A stretch of DNA of 63,728 nt from Carcharhinus longimanus (taxonomy: Eukaryota), in the NCBI GenBank assembly GCA_030264375.1, contig JASCQW010000081.1, forward strand, positions 73,866,029-73,929,756, written 5' to 3'. The notes beneath the pieces are model-generated. The model saw only the letters and a program-made list of their open reading frames with translations. It did no database searches and had not been told where the DNA came from. The position numbers were made by a program, and so were the translations under genes. Numbering within the stretch: position 1 is the stretch's first letter; each line of letters opens with the position of its first letter. Below, piece by piece: positions 25,700-39,809 of this stretch.

Positions 25700-27210
25700 G
25701 ATGAAGGGAAATTTGGCAGTACTATGAATTTTGAGGAGCATATTGATAGATGTGAGTACAGCATTGCAGAATCAGCATGGCTTCATGAAGGGGAAATCAT
25801 GCCTGACAAACTTATTATCATTCTTTGAGATGGTAACGAACGAGCAGGATTGACAAAGGGAGACCAGTGTGTGTAATATACTTGGATTTCAAAATTTTTT
25901 CAAAAGTTAGCACAGCAAGGTTGCTTAATAAGAGCCCATTGTGTTGGAGGTAGTATATTAGAATAGAAAGAGAATTGGCGATCGAGAGAGAGTTTAAGAG
26001 GAGCATTTTCAGAATGGCAACCTATAATTAGTGGAGCGCCTCAAGGATCAGTGCTGGGGGCACAGTTAGTTACAACATATTAATGACATGGACGAGGGAA
26101 GTGAATGTACTATTGTCAAGTTTGCAGATGACACAAAAATAGATGGAAAGAGTGGTGACGGTGATACAAGGAGTCTACAGAGGGATATAGACAGATTAAA
26201 TGAATGGGCAAAAATTTGGCAGATGGAATATGATGCAGGAAAATATGAAGTTGTGCATTTTGGTGGAAGGAGTAAACGTGCTGAATGTTACTTAAATTGA
26301 GAAAGACTACAGAAAGCTCCAGCAACGTGGGATTTGGGAGTCGCTGTGCATAAATCACAAAAAGCTAGCATGCAATAGGGAAGTCAATGAATAGCCTTTA
26401 GTTCAAAGGCAATGGAGTTTAGAAATCTGCAAGTGTTCCTAAAACTATACAAGGCAGCTAGACCTCATCTGGAATATTGTGAACAGTTTTGGTCCCCTCA
26501 TCTAAGGAAAGGTATACTGATAATGGAGGTTGTCCAGAGAAGGTTCACTTGGTTGATCCTTGATACGGAGGGATTTTCTTGAGAGGAGCGGTTGTGCAAG
26601 TTGGGCCTCTACTCTTTGGAGCTCAAAAGCATGAGGGGTGACCTCATTGAAACGTGTAGGATTCTCAGGAGGCTTGACGGCGCTGAGTGTTTTGATTTGA
26701 TTTATTATTGTCACATGTATTAGTCTACAGTGAAAAGTATTGTGCTTTGCATGCTAAACAGACAAAGCATATTGTACATAGGGAAGGAATGGTGTGAGTG
26801 CAGTGTTACAGTCATAGCTGGGGTCAGAGAAAGATCAACTTAATGCAAGGTGGGTCCGTTCAAAAGTATGATGGCAGCAGGGAAGAAGGGCGTTTCCCTT
26901 TGTGGGAGAGACCAGGACCAGAGGGTATAATCTCAGAGTAAAATGTTGCCCCTTACGACAGAGATGAGGAGGAATTGCTTCTCTCGGTAGTAAATCTTCG
27001 GAATTCTTTCCTGCAGAGGACTGTGGAGGCTGGGTTGTCATGTTCAAGGCTGAGGTAGACAGATTTTCAGTCAGTAAGGAAATCAGGGGTTATGGGGAGA
27101 AGGTGGGAAAGTGGAGTTGAGGCATATCAGATTAGTCAAGATTTCATTCAGTGGTGGAGCAGACTTGATAAGCTGAATGGCCGACTTCTGCTGCTACATC
27201 GTATGGTCAT
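25700..27210 (+). mobile_element. CR1 LINE fragment interrupted by an antisense Rex-Babar 3' end (~26690-26888)
   Basis: QHGFMKGKSCLTNL, KFADDTKIDG and RPHLEYCEQFWSP. CR1 sequence resumes at ~26890 (TTTCCCTTTGTGGGAGAGACCAGGACCAGAGG). Confidence 0.85.
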
Positions 27211-27229
27211 AGGCTGGTGGAAAATGGGT

Positions 27230-28246
27230 GACAAGGCAGACAAAATGCAGTACAGTGAAGTGTGTAGGATGAATTTTCCTACGAATGAGGAGAGGCAATA
27301 TAAACTGAAGGGCACAATTCTAAATGGTGTAACAACAGAGACATCTGGAATACGTGTGAAAATTGTTGAAGGTGGTAAAGCAAGTTGAAAAAGTTGGTTT
27401 AACATGCATTCAAGATCCTGGCCTTTATAATTTATTTATTTATTTATTATACAATAAATGTAATGATACTGAGGGGTCTAGAAGAAGTGAGGGACTTGAG
27501 AGTGAATGTCCACCAATTCCTAAGGTAGAGGGACAGGCTGATAAGCTGGTCAAGAGTAATATGAAATCCTTTGATTTCTTAGCTGAGGCATAGAATATAA
27601 GTGTAGGAAGGTTGTATTGGAGCTATATGAATATTAGTTAGGCTACAATTCAAGTATTGTTTGCAGTTCTGGTGAGCTGGTTGCATAAGGGATATAATTG
27701 CATTAGCGAGGGACAGTGGAGAAATATGGGGATATTTCCAGAATTGAAAAATTGCAGCTATGAGGAAAGTTGGACAGGCTGGGGCTGTTATCCTTGGGAC
27801 AGAGGAGGCTGAGGGGAGATTTGATTGAGATGTACAAAATTGTGAGGGGCCTGGCTAGAGCAGATGGAAAGCAAGTGCAGTGTCTTGGGGACGTAAATTT
27901 GCAGCGGGATCTTGATCAATTGGGCCAGTGGGCTGATGAATGGCAGATGGAGTTTAATTTAGACAAATGTGAGTTTTGCATTTTGGTAGATAAAACCAGG
28001 ACAGGACTTACTCAGTTAATGGTAGGGTGTTGGGGAGAGTTACAGAACAAAGAGATCTAGGAGTGCATGTTCATAGCTCCTTGAAAGTGGAGTCATAGGT
28101 GAACAGAGTGGTGAAGAAGGCATTCGGCATGCTTGGTTTCATGGGTCAGAACATTGAAAACAGGAGTTGGGATGTCTTGTTGAAGTTGTACAAGACATTG
28201 GTAAGGCCACACTTGGAATACAGTGTGCAATTCTGGTCACCCTATT
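27230..28246 (+). mobile_element. Nested CR1 LINE fragments
   Basis: DRLGLLSLGQRRLRGDLIEMYKI, LQRDLDQLGQWADEWQMEFNLDKC and LYKTLVRPHLEYSVQFWSPY. Confidence 0.85.
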
Positions 28247-28349
28247 NNNNNNNNNNNNNNNNNNNNNNNNNNNNNNNNNNNNNNNNNNNNNNNNNNNNNN
28301 NNNNNNNNNNNNNNNNNNNNNNNNNNNNNNNNNNNNNNNNNNNNNNTTG

Positions 28350-28538
28350 AATAGCAGATTAGCTGTAAAGACTCACATTCTAATCAGTATTCTGTAAACT
28401 GTGTGTGCCTTTATATGCCCTGTCTCTGATCAGAACTCCCCACTCACCTGACTAAGGGACAGCGTTCCGAAAGCTTGTGGCGTTTACTATCAAATAAACC
28501 TGTTGGATTTTAACCTGGTGTTGTGAGACTTTTTACTG
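28350..28538 (+). mobile_element. Penelope-like terminal repeat
   Basis: CACTCAC-CTGACTA-AGGGACAGCGTTCC-GAAAGCTTGTG...CAAATAAACCTGTTGGATTTTAACCTGGTGTTGTGAGACT, the reverse complement of the 8030-8200 terminus. Confidence 0.7.
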
Positions 28539-28539
28539 T

Positions 28540-29600
28540 TCTTGACAGAAACCAGAGGATGGTTGTAGAGAGTTCTTTTTCAAACTGGAGGCCTGTGACC
28601 AGCGGTGTGCCTCAGGGATCAGTGCTGGGCCCACTGTTATTTCTCATTTATATTAATGATTTGGATGAGAATATAGGGGGCATGGTTAGTAAGTTTGCAG
28701 ACGGCACTAAGATTTGTGACATAGTGGACAATGAAGAAAGTTATCTCCAATTGCAACAGGGTCTTGATCAATTGAGCCAGTGGGCTGGCGAATGGCAAAT
28801 GGAGTTTAATTTAGACAAATGCGTGGTGATACATTTGATAGATTGAACCAGGGGCAGGACTTACTCTGTTAATGGTAGGGCATTGGGAAGAGTTACAGAA
28901 GAAAGCGATCTTGGGGTACATGTTCATAGCTCCTCGAAAGTGGAGTCATAGGTGGACAGAGTGGTGAAGAGGGCATTCAGCATGCTTGGTTTCATCGGTC
29001 AGAACTTTGAATACAGGAGTTGGGACTCTTGTTGAAGTTGTACAAGACATTGGTAAGGCCACACTTGGAATACTGTGTGCAATTCTGCTCACGCTATTAT
29101 AGAAAAGACATTATTAAACTAGAAAGAGTGCAGAGAAGATTTATTAGGATGTTGCTGGGACTTGATGGATTGAGTTGTGAGGAGAGGCTGAATAGACTTT
29201 TTTCTCTGGAGCGTAGGAGGCTGAGGGGTGACATTATAGAGGTATAATGAAGGGCATAGACAAGGTAGATAGTCAATATCTTTTCCCAAAGGTAGGGGAG
29301 TCTAAAACTAGAGGGCATAGGTTTAAGGTGAGAGGGGAGAGATACAAAAGTGTCCAGAGGGGCAATTTTTTCACATAGAGGGTGATGAGTGTCTGGAACA
29401 AGCTGCTAGAGGTAGTAGTAGAGGTGGGTACAATTTTATCTTCTAAAAGCATTTAATAGTTACATGGGTACGATGGGAAGAGAGGGATATGGGCCAAATG
29501 TGGGCGATTGGGATTATCTTAGGGGTTTATAAAAGAAAGGCAGCATGGACGAGTTGGGCTGAAGGGCCTGTTTCCATGCTGTAAACCTCTGAATCTCTAC
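28540..29600 (+). mobile_element. CR1 (HER1-like) LINE 3' fragment
   Basis: [35 protein letters not shown] and LERVQRRFIRML; tail GGGCTGAAGGGCCTGTTTCCATGCTGTAAACCTCT. Confidence 0.9.
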
Positions 29601-32600
29601 CAATCACTTGAAATAAAGATGAGGAAAAGCATTTTTTATCCTGATGGTTTTGGGGCGGTCTTGAACACTCTGTCTGAAAGGGTAATAGATGCAGAAACCC
29701 AAAACACATGTAAAAGATGTCTGGATATGCACTTCTTATGCAGGGCTAAGGATCAAATGCTGGAATGTAGGATTAAGCTGGATGGCACATTCCTCGTCTG
29801 GTGCAGGCACAATAGGCCAAGTGGCTTCTTTCGGTGCCATAACCTTTCTATGATTCCATGACACTAATTTAAGCTGAATGGCAAAAGAACCAATAAAGCC
29901 CCGAGGGAAAGCTTGCTTATGCAGTGAGTGATTATGATTTGGAATACACTGCCACATTCTGGTGTGGTAGGTACAGATTCAATTGTGATCTTCAAAAAGA
30001 AATTGGATCAGCGTCTAAAAACAGGTCAAAATTGCTGGGCTTTTACAAAGGGCAAAGCAATGGGAAGAGCAGAATTGCTCTGAAACAACCAATACAGAAA
30101 TGATGGGCTGAATGGCTTTGTGTCATAATGGTTCCATGATTTTAAGTTATTTTGTTTATGTTCAACGACCAACAAGGCAGCTAATTTGAATTCGGAAAAC
30201 TGTTAGTTCATGTTACAGCAAGGGCACTGTTTCAAATCAATGTTTAAATACGCAGTGTGACTGACTGTAGAGAGGTGCATGTTCATTGTGGAAGCAACTG
30301 TTAGAATTATCAATTGAAAATATTTGCAAGTATTGAAAAAAGCAAAAAATACTAAATATTACAATGATTTTAAAGAAAATGAACATGTCATTGTGTTGCA
30401 GAGTTATGGGTAACGAGACGTTGCACTGCAGTATATCACTTAATGAACTATTGAGTGCAAGTACCAAATCAATCTGAAGTTGTGCCAGCAAGATTGAAAT
30501 GCATCTTCAGGAAATTAAAGCATGTAATTTTAGCTGGTTTTCATTTTTGAGTAATGGAGAAATTGAAAATTGGATTTTTTGGCAACAATCATAAAATAAT
30601 ATTGTTGTACTGGAGAATATTTTGAACAGAGAGAACGATGCAAACTGATAAATTATATGGGGCTGCAAAATTTGATTTGCTCTGTGAATCTCGGATTGAG
30701 AGAGGACTTAATTTCCATAAAATTATTAAGTGTCATGGATAATGTGAGCAAACAAATCATAAAATGCTTACCACACAGGGGGAGACCATTCATCATATCA
30801 TGTTCATGGCAGCTCTCTTGAAGAGTAACTTGCTAGTCCCTCTTCTCTGCCTTTTCCCCTTAATTGAATCTGCTTTGATCACAATCAGACAATACATTCC
30901 AGATCCCAACCAATAGTTGTGCAAAACTGGTTTTCTGCATGTTGCCGTTGGGTTCTTTTACTCTTCACTTATCATCTGGTTCTGAACTCTTGCATCACTG
31001 AGAGCAGTTTGTCTTCATCTTCTTTGACTAGCCACCTCATGATTCTGGCATGAGTGAAACCAGCCCCATCCATCCCTTGTTGTGGGGGCTTTGTGATCAA
31101 TGGATCATAAAGCATCGGAGGTGTTTATTCAGCCCCTTGTGCATGTGCTAGCTCTTTGAAATAGTTATCAAAGTTGTTTCTCATCTTTTTTCCCAAAGGC
31201 CCTGCAGGTATATCCAATTTCTTTTTGCAAATTAGCATTGAATCTATTACAGCATCCTTTATTGATGTGCTTGCTGTACGTCTAAAACATCTCCTTATCT
31301 CTCCTCTAGTTATTCTGCTATTTATCTTAAATCTGTCTTCTGGATACATCATTCCTGCCAATGACGTTTTGTTCACCCAAAATAAACTTGGATAATTTTG
31401 AATAATTATATTAAATACTTCTGCCGCAGGAGAATAATCCCAGCTTCTCTGACCTCTCCACAACTCAAACTCCTGATATGACAATGAATTATTTTTACAC
31501 TTTCTTGTTAACTAGCACATAATTAACCTGGCATTTCAAATCACGTGACTGACATTTCCAATGTTACAGTCATGACATTGAACGTAAATCTTCAAAATTA
31601 GCATTTATATGTAATAAAACCTTTTGTTTTTAACGATGGAATCACAAGCTTGAAGTAATTTTCAGCAATATGAACAAGGCTAGTTTCTATACATCTTATC
31701 TACATCACAAATGGTAGAATATTTATGATATTGCACTGAAATTTTCAATACTAGTATCCAGTCCTCTGTCTCTCCTCAGCTTTCTTGAATAGCACGTGTT
31801 CAATGGTGATTGCCCTTTATTGTTGACAATGAATCACTTCTAGTCATGTTCCATGCATGATGCCTCTTGAATATTAAGTTGTTTTTTTAGTTGAATGTTG
31901 CAACAAAAAAAAAGTCAAGTGGATTGGTGCACTGTCTTTTTGGGAAATTTATACTGCACATGTTATATCACTGTGCTGCATTGCAAATGTAGTTCGGATT
32001 TGGTGTCAGGTAAGAGTTTGTGAGCAGAAAATCTTTCCACACCATTGACATCATGTTGGCTGCAGTGTGTAAAGCCATTTAGCTTCCAAAATGCAGCTCC
32101 TTGTGTCAGTAGTGCTGTTCCATCTTCGTCCTACTTTTAGTCTTTGTGAAAGCCTATCTTGATCAAGGCCAATCATTTTTATGTTGGTATTTTACTGGCA
32201 CTTGGACTTTGGTAGCGCTTCTCCCTTGCTTTAAAATTGGTTTATGAAGGAGAGGAGCTCGTTACTCAGACTCAAATTTGTTACAGCATGGAAAAATTGG
32301 TGCTGTGTAACTGACCCATCATGATCATTGTCATTGGACAGTGATTAGACCTACATTTAATTCCAGCTCAGATTCAATAATCTCTGATTTTATGGGTGTG
32401 AGGTGAAATGGATTTCAGCAGCTTGAACTGAATTCCCTGTGCACACAACTTTACCACACAAAATGAAGATTAATAACATTTGATGATCTAATTTAGCTAA
32501 GTGTGCACGGTGGCAGATCTCTGTGGTGCAGTCGCTGATGGAGGCCTGAAGGTGAGGTTTAAGCATCCCTTTTTAAGTTATTGTGCAAATGTGGATGTAG

Positions 32601-32821
32601 TGGGACTGAACCTGCAATTGTCATGGGCTGTATGTGGGGAGTGTTTGATCCTCATGATAAGTAGGATGTTTCAATCAATGAAGCCACCATCTCTCATCGT
32701 TTGAGTGTGAAATTAATTGAAGACAGATTTGCAGAACAAAACGTCTTCAAACATATCGGGCATAATATACATAAATCTGATAATCCATTTCAAAAGTAAC
32801 CTTTTCTGTGTTTTTATTTAG

Positions 32822-32962
32822 TATTTGGGAGAGAAATTCTGGTGCACTGCAGTCCAGTGCTGGTTCTGCCACCCACAGTAGACACCTTTTGGGATTTTCT
32901 GACGGAAATAGAGCTGGAAGCTTTCAGGAAACAACTGAAAAATTTACTACAGACAACTACAG
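32822..32962 (+). CDS. ATF6: ATF6 luminal exon with the site-1 protease motif RHLL (equivalent to human exon 10)
   Basis: T-rich tract plus TAG acceptor, AG|GTAATT donor; 141 nt, phase 2/2. Translates (S)IWERNSGALQSSAGSATHSRHLLGFSDGNRAGSFQETTEKFTTDNY(R). RHLLGFS is the ATF6 S1P site. Confidence 0.93.
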
Positions 32963-34545
32963 GTAATTTTATGGCAGCATGTATGCATGTTATTATTGTT
33001 GGATTTGGTTTTTTTTTGAAGCTTGGCTGTTCGCAATCTGTTTCCTATAATGTAATATGAAAACTAGTTAATTGATCTGAACTACGAAAAGCAAATGGCT
33101 GCCTTAAAGCTTTTCATCTTTTTTAATTTATTCACATATTAAGGCAACCATTTTGACTGTGGTGGCAACAATAGTGTATTTGGTTTTAGTTCTACGTCAT
33201 TTTATTTCCACATAAAACTATCTTGGGATGCTTCAAGGAGTGAGTACGCACCAAGAATAACTGGGAGAGTTAAAAGAAAAGTATGCAACTGTGGCTAAGC
33301 AGATAGCTTAAGAGAAGACAACTAAGAATGGAGCAAGCAGAAGTCAGATTGGGTGTTTGGGGAATGTGTTCCAGGGATTAGGATTTAGACAATAGTTGAA
33401 GAAGGAAGGATGTTTTGTTGTATTCCAATCCTTTCAGTACTCTAACCTTGGCCTCAGAGTGGAAGAGGGAACAACATCATGAAGGTATTTGTGCATGAAG
33501 TTCAGGATTTTGAATTTGATGCATTGGGTGATGTACTCATGTCCATCAGTCAGGCTTGGGTTGGTGTCAGTGGCTGTGGGTGGGAGAGAATGAACTAACT
33601 GTGATAGAAGATGATGGCAGGAGAAGAACTAGGAGTTGGAGTTGGCAGACTGACTCAGAAGTGAAAGAAGTATAGTGTTAACTGCAGTTAAAGTCAAATT
33701 GTGCTATCTGATCAGAGTGAGGAACAGATATAATGTTGCAAGGGTACAGATTTCTCATCGAACTTTAGTCTTCCACTGTTAACTGGAGGAAATTCTATGT
33801 ATTTATTGAACAGGCCCTAATAGTGCTTAGGGAATTGTCATTACTAATTTACAGGTGGAGCTGGTTTTTATCACTGTTGTATGTATATATTATGGAAACC
33901 AACCCCATCTTGTGGTTGATATCACTATTGGATAACTTAATGAGCCAAGGAGGGGGTGATAGATCGAACCTTGGGATGTACTGGAGGTATGGGACATGGT
34001 TTGAGAGACAGGTAGGAGTGGAGCAATGCAATGGAAGTCGATTGGAAGTAAATGACAAGAGATGGTGCAGTGTGGTGCAGTCAATTGTGTTCAGTGCCAC
34101 GTAAAGGCCAAAAAGGTTGACCACTTTGGAGTCCCATTGGAAACTAATTGGTAGTCTTCATAAGGGCTATCAGTGTTACAGAAATTTGAATGAACTTGTG
34201 CAAGCAATGTCGAGATGTATGATTATATGATTATTACTTTGACTGTGTCATTATACAATCAATGAAGGACTGGCAAAGTCTTAGGAGATAAGTATAGGAG
34301 GCTAGAGCAAAAACATCCTGNNNNNNNNNNTCAGATTCAAAAGCATTCGTGAAGATCATTCAGATTTGGGAGTAACAGATTATCCAAACTATGTGTTATT
34401 AGGAAACTCTTCCCTTAGTCTTCCTCCATCTAAAGAAGGCAACTGTCTACACTTGGTAAAATAATTTACTTCAGGTTATTTACCCTGTGTCAGTCACCTG
34501 TCTGAATAACTCTGGCTGATGACTGCAGTCAAGGTACCAAGGTAT

Positions 34546-34588
<43 letters not shown>
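34546..34588. repeat. (TG)n microsatellite
   Basis: About 20 TG units, directly visible. Confidence 0.95.
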
Positions 34589-34592
<4 letters not shown>

Positions 34593-34839
34593 TGGGGGGA
34601 GGGGGGGAGGTGTGTGTGTCAGGTACCCTCTTTGTANNNNNNNNNNNNNNNNNNNNNNNNNNNNNNNNNNNNNNNNNNNNNNNNNNNNNNNNNNNNNNNN
34701 NNNNNNNNNNNNNNNNNNNNNNNNNNNNNNNNNNNNTTTGTGGGGGGGGGGGGGGGAGGTGTGTGTGTCAGGTACCATCTTTGTACAGCACTTCAGTTAG
34801 AAGGTTTTTTTTTAGTTTATCTTGTGCTGCTAGCCATTT

Positions 34840-37825
34840 AAGAACACAAGAACTAGGAGTAGGCCATCTGGCCCCTTGAGCTTGCTCCGCTAGTCAATAA
34901 GTTCCTGGCTGATCTTTTTGTGGACCCAGCTCCGCTTAGCTGCCTGCTCACCATAACCCTTAATTCCTTCACTGTTCAAAATTGATCTATCTTTTCCTTA
35001 AAAACATTGAACAAGGTCACCTCAACTGCTTCATTGGACAGGGAATTCCACAGATTCACAAATCTTTGTGTGAAGAAGTTTCTCCTCAACTCAGTCCTAA
35101 ATCTGCTCCCTCTTATTTTGAGACTGTGCCCCCTAGTTCTAGTTTCACCCACCAGTGGAAACAACCTCCCTGCTTCTACCTTATCTATTCCCTTCACAAT
35201 TTTATATGTTTCTGAAAGATCACCCCTCATTCTTTTAAATTTCAATGACTGTCTACTCAGTTTCACCTCAAATCAACCCTCTCAACACCGAATCAAACTT
35301 GTGAATCTCCTCTGCACCCCCTCCAGTGCCAGTACATCCTTTCTCAAGTAAGGAGACCAAAACTCCAGATGTGGCTCACCAGCACTTTATACAGCTGCAA
35401 CACCACCTCCCTCAAGAAATAAATGACCAAGTTCCATTTGCCCTCTTAATTACCTGCTGCACCTGCAGACCATCTTTTTGCAATTCATGCTCAAGGATAC
35501 CCAGGTCCCTCTGCAGACCAGCATACTGCAATATTTTTACCATTTAAATAATAGTCCATTTTGCTTTTATTCCTACCAAAGTGGATGACTTCACATTTAC
35601 CAACATTGTAGTCATTTGCCAGACTCTTGCCCATTCACTCCCTCTGCAGATTTTGGTCTACCACTCATCTTAGTGTTGCCTGCGAACTTTGACACACTAG
35701 ACTTGATCCCCGATTCCGAATCATCCTATAAATTATAAACAATTGCAGTCGCAACCCTGATCCCTGAGGCACACCGTTAGCCACTGACTGCTGACCAAAA
35801 AAAAACACCCATTTATTCCCACACTCTGCTTTCTGTTCATTAACCAAACCTTTATCCGTGCTACTATATTACCCATAATGCAGTGCACCTTGATGTTATG
35901 CTGCAGCCTTTTGTGTGGCACTTTGTCAAATGCCTTCTGGAAATCCAAATCCACCATATCCATCAGTTCCCCATTGTCCACTGTGCTCATAATTTCATCA
36001 AAGAATTCCAGTAAATTATTTAAACATGACCTGCCTTTCATGAACCCATGCTGTATCTGCCTAATTGCACGATTTCTATCTGGATGTCTCACTGTTTCTT
36101 TCTTCATGATAGCTTCAAGTATTTTCCCCACTGCAGAATTTAAACTAACCAGCCTTTTATTTACCTCCTTTTTCAAACAGTGGCATCACATCTGCTGTTT
36201 TTCAATCTACTGAAACCACCCCAGAATTCAACGAATTTTGGTAAATTACTGCGAATGCATATGCTATTTCCCCGCCATCTCTTTCAGCACCCTGGGATAC
36301 ATTCCATCAGGGCCAGGAGACTTGACTAACTTTAGCCCCAATAGCTTTCCCAACACTACCACTTCAGTAATAATGATCGTTTCTGGATCCTCACTGCCAT
36401 AGCGTCCTTGTCATCAATTTTTGGTTTGTTATTTGTGTCTTCCATTGTGAAGATGGACACAATACCCGTTCAGTGCCTCAGTAATTTCCTCATTCCCCAT
36501 TATTAAATCCCGTTTCTCATCCTCTGTAGGACCAATGTTTACTGTAGCCACTCCTTTTGATTTTATATATGTATAGAAACTTTTGCGAACTGTTTTTATA
36601 CTCTGAGCTAGTTTACTCTCATGTATCTTTTTTTCCTTTGTGGCTTTCTGTTGACCTTTAAGGATTTGTTAATTCTCTAATTTCCCACTAATCTTTGCCA
36701 CTTCGTTTGTATTTTCTTTCAGTTTGATACCCTCCTTTATCTCCTTAGATATCCATGGCTGATTATCCCTCTTTCTACAGTCCTTTCTTATCACTGGTGT
36801 ATACTTTTGCTGAGCACTGTGAAAATTGCTTTGAGTCTCCTCCACTGTTTGTCAATTGTCCCACCATAAAGTTTTTGCTCCCGGTCTACCTTAGCCAACT
36901 CCTCCCTCATCCCATTGTAGTCTCCTCTGTTTAAGCACAAGACACTCATATTGGATTTTACCTTCTCACCCTCCATCTGTATTTTAAATTCAGCCATACT
37001 GTGATCACTTTTTCTGAGAGGATCCCTAACTGCAAGATCAATAATTATTCCTGTCTCATTACAAAGGAAGTACAGTAAGAAGTCTCTCAACACCTGATTA
37101 AAGTCCAACAGGTTTATTTGGTAGCAAACACAACTAGCTTTCGGAGCGGCGCTCCTTCTGATCACAGGGCATATAAAGGCACACACTCAGTTTACAGAAT
37201 ACTGATTAGAATGTGAGTCTTTACAGTTAATCATGTCTTAAAGGTGCAGACAATGTGAATGGCGATAGCATTAAGCATAGGTTAAAGAGATGTGTATTGT
37301 CTGGAGAACCCCAGTTCAACACTAGCATCTCCACATCATTACAAAGGGCCAGGACCAGGATAGCTTGATCCCTCATAGGTCCTATTACATACTGTTTGAG
37401 GAAACTATTGCGGCTTCATTTGATGAATTCCCCCTCAGGACTGCCTTGACCAACCTGATTTGACCAACTGACATGTAGATTCAAATCCCCCATGATAATT
37501 GCTGTACCATTTTTACATGCATCAGTTATTTCTTTATTGCCCATCCCACTGTGAAGTTATTATTTGGTGGCCTATAGACTATGCCTATCAGTGACTTTTT
37601 TGCCTTACTATATCTAATTAACACTCAAATGCATTCAACCCTTTTTTCATAGAACCTATATCACCTTTCAGAATCATCCTGTGTCGACCTTAAATATCAG
37701 AGCCACACCACCTCCCTGACCTTCCTGTCTGTCCTTCTGAACAGTCTGATACCTCTGGATATTTAACTCCCGGCCGTGATGACCCTGTAAACATGTCTCA
37801 GTAATGACCACTAAATCATACTCAG
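34840..37825 (-). mobile_element. Long CR1 LINE fragment (endonuclease, RT and tail), containing a Penelope insertion
   Basis: Minus-strand QHGFMKGRSCLNNLLEFFDE...DFQKAFDKVPHKRL, DPLRKSDHSMAEF and RTRGHSLKIRGSRFRTELRRNFFTQR; tail at ~34840. Confidence 0.9.
37068..37335 (-). mobile_element. Short Penelope-like insertion with TSD
   Basis: Matches the 8020-8270 terminus and ends with an inverted copy of the terminal ~28 nt. Flanked by TCATTACAAAGG at 37056-37067 and 37336-37347. Confidence 0.75.
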
Positions 37826-39583
37826 AGGCAAGGTTGTTTACCTGTTTCGAAAGCTATGAGTATTTGTTAGCCTTTACTACACAGTAGTGTGGGTAAGAGG
37901 GTACAAGGTGGCTTCTGATCGACTTGGGGGTATCAATGTGGAAACGTGAATCAGGAGACTGTCATTTCTGCAGACTGTTTATGTGCTTTTATAAATGGAA
38001 AGGAGAGAAGCAGCTGAGCTCTGCCTGCTTATGCCACAAGAATTATATAATATCCTGTAAAGTACCATTTCTTAAATACGTTGAACGTAAGCCTTCAGCT
38101 AGCTCCGGTAAAGGGCAGCACCTGAAATGTTACATGTCTGTTCTCTCTACAAGTACTAATAACACCATGTGTTTTACATTTCTAGTGTTTGCAGTCTTTG
38201 ACTTTTAATGCTGATGGGCCTTTTGCCTTCCCTGATTTTAACCCTTTCTACTGTTTTCTTTGGATGTCCAGTTACACTGAAACCCACAGCTTGCTTTCTT
38301 GTCAGTGTCTATGCTCTTGGCCTTCTTACATTGCAGCAGTGACTGTACTTTTAAAGGACCTCATTGTCTATGAAACAAACCTATATAGTTTGAGATGCCT
38401 GGTGGTCATGGATAGTGCTGTATAAGTTTGTTTTTTGACTTTGTGTCCCTTCGCCTCCTGGAGAACACAAAAAGGTGTTCACAGAGTTTTTGTGCTGTGC
38501 TTCCTCTAGCAATTGGATCTTCTGGCACACCAGCCTTAGTGTTGGCAACAGGCTCACAACTGGGCACTGCTGCTGGCTATGTGTAACCTATGTTGGGATG
38601 TGATGGCATAGGCCCTCCACTGACCTTGACATGAAAAGCAATTCCTGACCCTCAAACATTCCCCCCTCAACACTCTTATCAACATGACTTCTGACAAACC
38701 TGGTTATGGGTCCTCCCTGAAATACTTGCCTGGTTTTCACTCTCTAGGTACAGACTAATTCATTGGGTATTTAAACATTTTTCTATTTTCATTTCATATC
38801 AATAGCATGCTGGTCTTCACTATTTATGTCACATTCTATATTTTTAATTAAATCTGACATTTTCTGAAGATTCATAACATAGACACAAAGCTTGACAGCA
38901 CCAAGGTACTAATGACGGAAGTGTTGAATGAGGTGAGAAAATTTCAGTAACATAGAAAATAACAGATGGTGCAGAAATGCGTTGTGAGCTTTGGGAGTTG
39001 GTTATAGCCTTCAACTTGCACCCAATCGTATGATTTATCCGATATGTCAGGAACAGACCTTGGTTTAGAACTTGGTTGCTGTTAATCTTTTCCACTTCAT
39101 GACTGGAATAACTTGTGAGTCACTAAAAGAAATTAATTTAGCAATCATTCCCACGCATTGAACTTGTCTGTGGCAAAGCCCTGGGTACAGTTAAACTGGG
39201 ATTTGGATGCCTTGCCATGGTTTACTTAAATGGGCATTTTGCATTGGGCTAAGCCTGCACACTGACTGCCAGCAGTTGATTTATTCTTCAAGATAGCACT
39301 GTTGCACCAGATCTTGTGATTTAAAAGTTAAACCTATCCTGACTCAATTTGTTTTTCATTCCTACGATTACAATTCTATTTATTGCTTTCCCTTTACGTT
39401 TGGGTTTCCTTTCATGAAAAGTCTAGTTTTTCCTCCATTAGTTCCCATCTGCTATTGAGTTGCTTTCTGCCTGTCAGTAAATAGCCCAAAAATAAGCCAC
39501 TTTCACTCTTCCTGTGCTATGTTTCATCAGAGAAAGATTTGCTTCTTCTGAATGAATTGAAAATATGAGATTAGGTGAATGAT

Positions 39584-39586
<3 letters not shown>

Positions 39587-39616
<30 letters not shown>
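39587..39616. repeat. (TG)n microsatellite
   Basis: About 15 TG units, directly visible. Confidence 0.95.
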
Positions 39617-39620
<4 letters not shown>

Positions 39621-39809
39621 GTGAGCCTGTTGTAGAACTGATTAGCGCAGAGGCTGAGTTAAAGATGACAATTCAGAGAAAAAAATAAACTCTCTTCTAT
39701 TAGAAGCTGCTGAATTTCTTCAGTCTTGTAGTCAGAAGGAACTTCAGTCTGGTTGTTGGGTTTGCGTATGATTTTGAAGTGATAGAAAAGCCACTCGTTT
39801 CAAACTTTT

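Noticed and set aside
34593-34786. Duplicated G-run/GTGTGTGTCAGGTACC block across a gap
   Set aside because: Same gap-flanking overlap pattern, next to a microsatellite.
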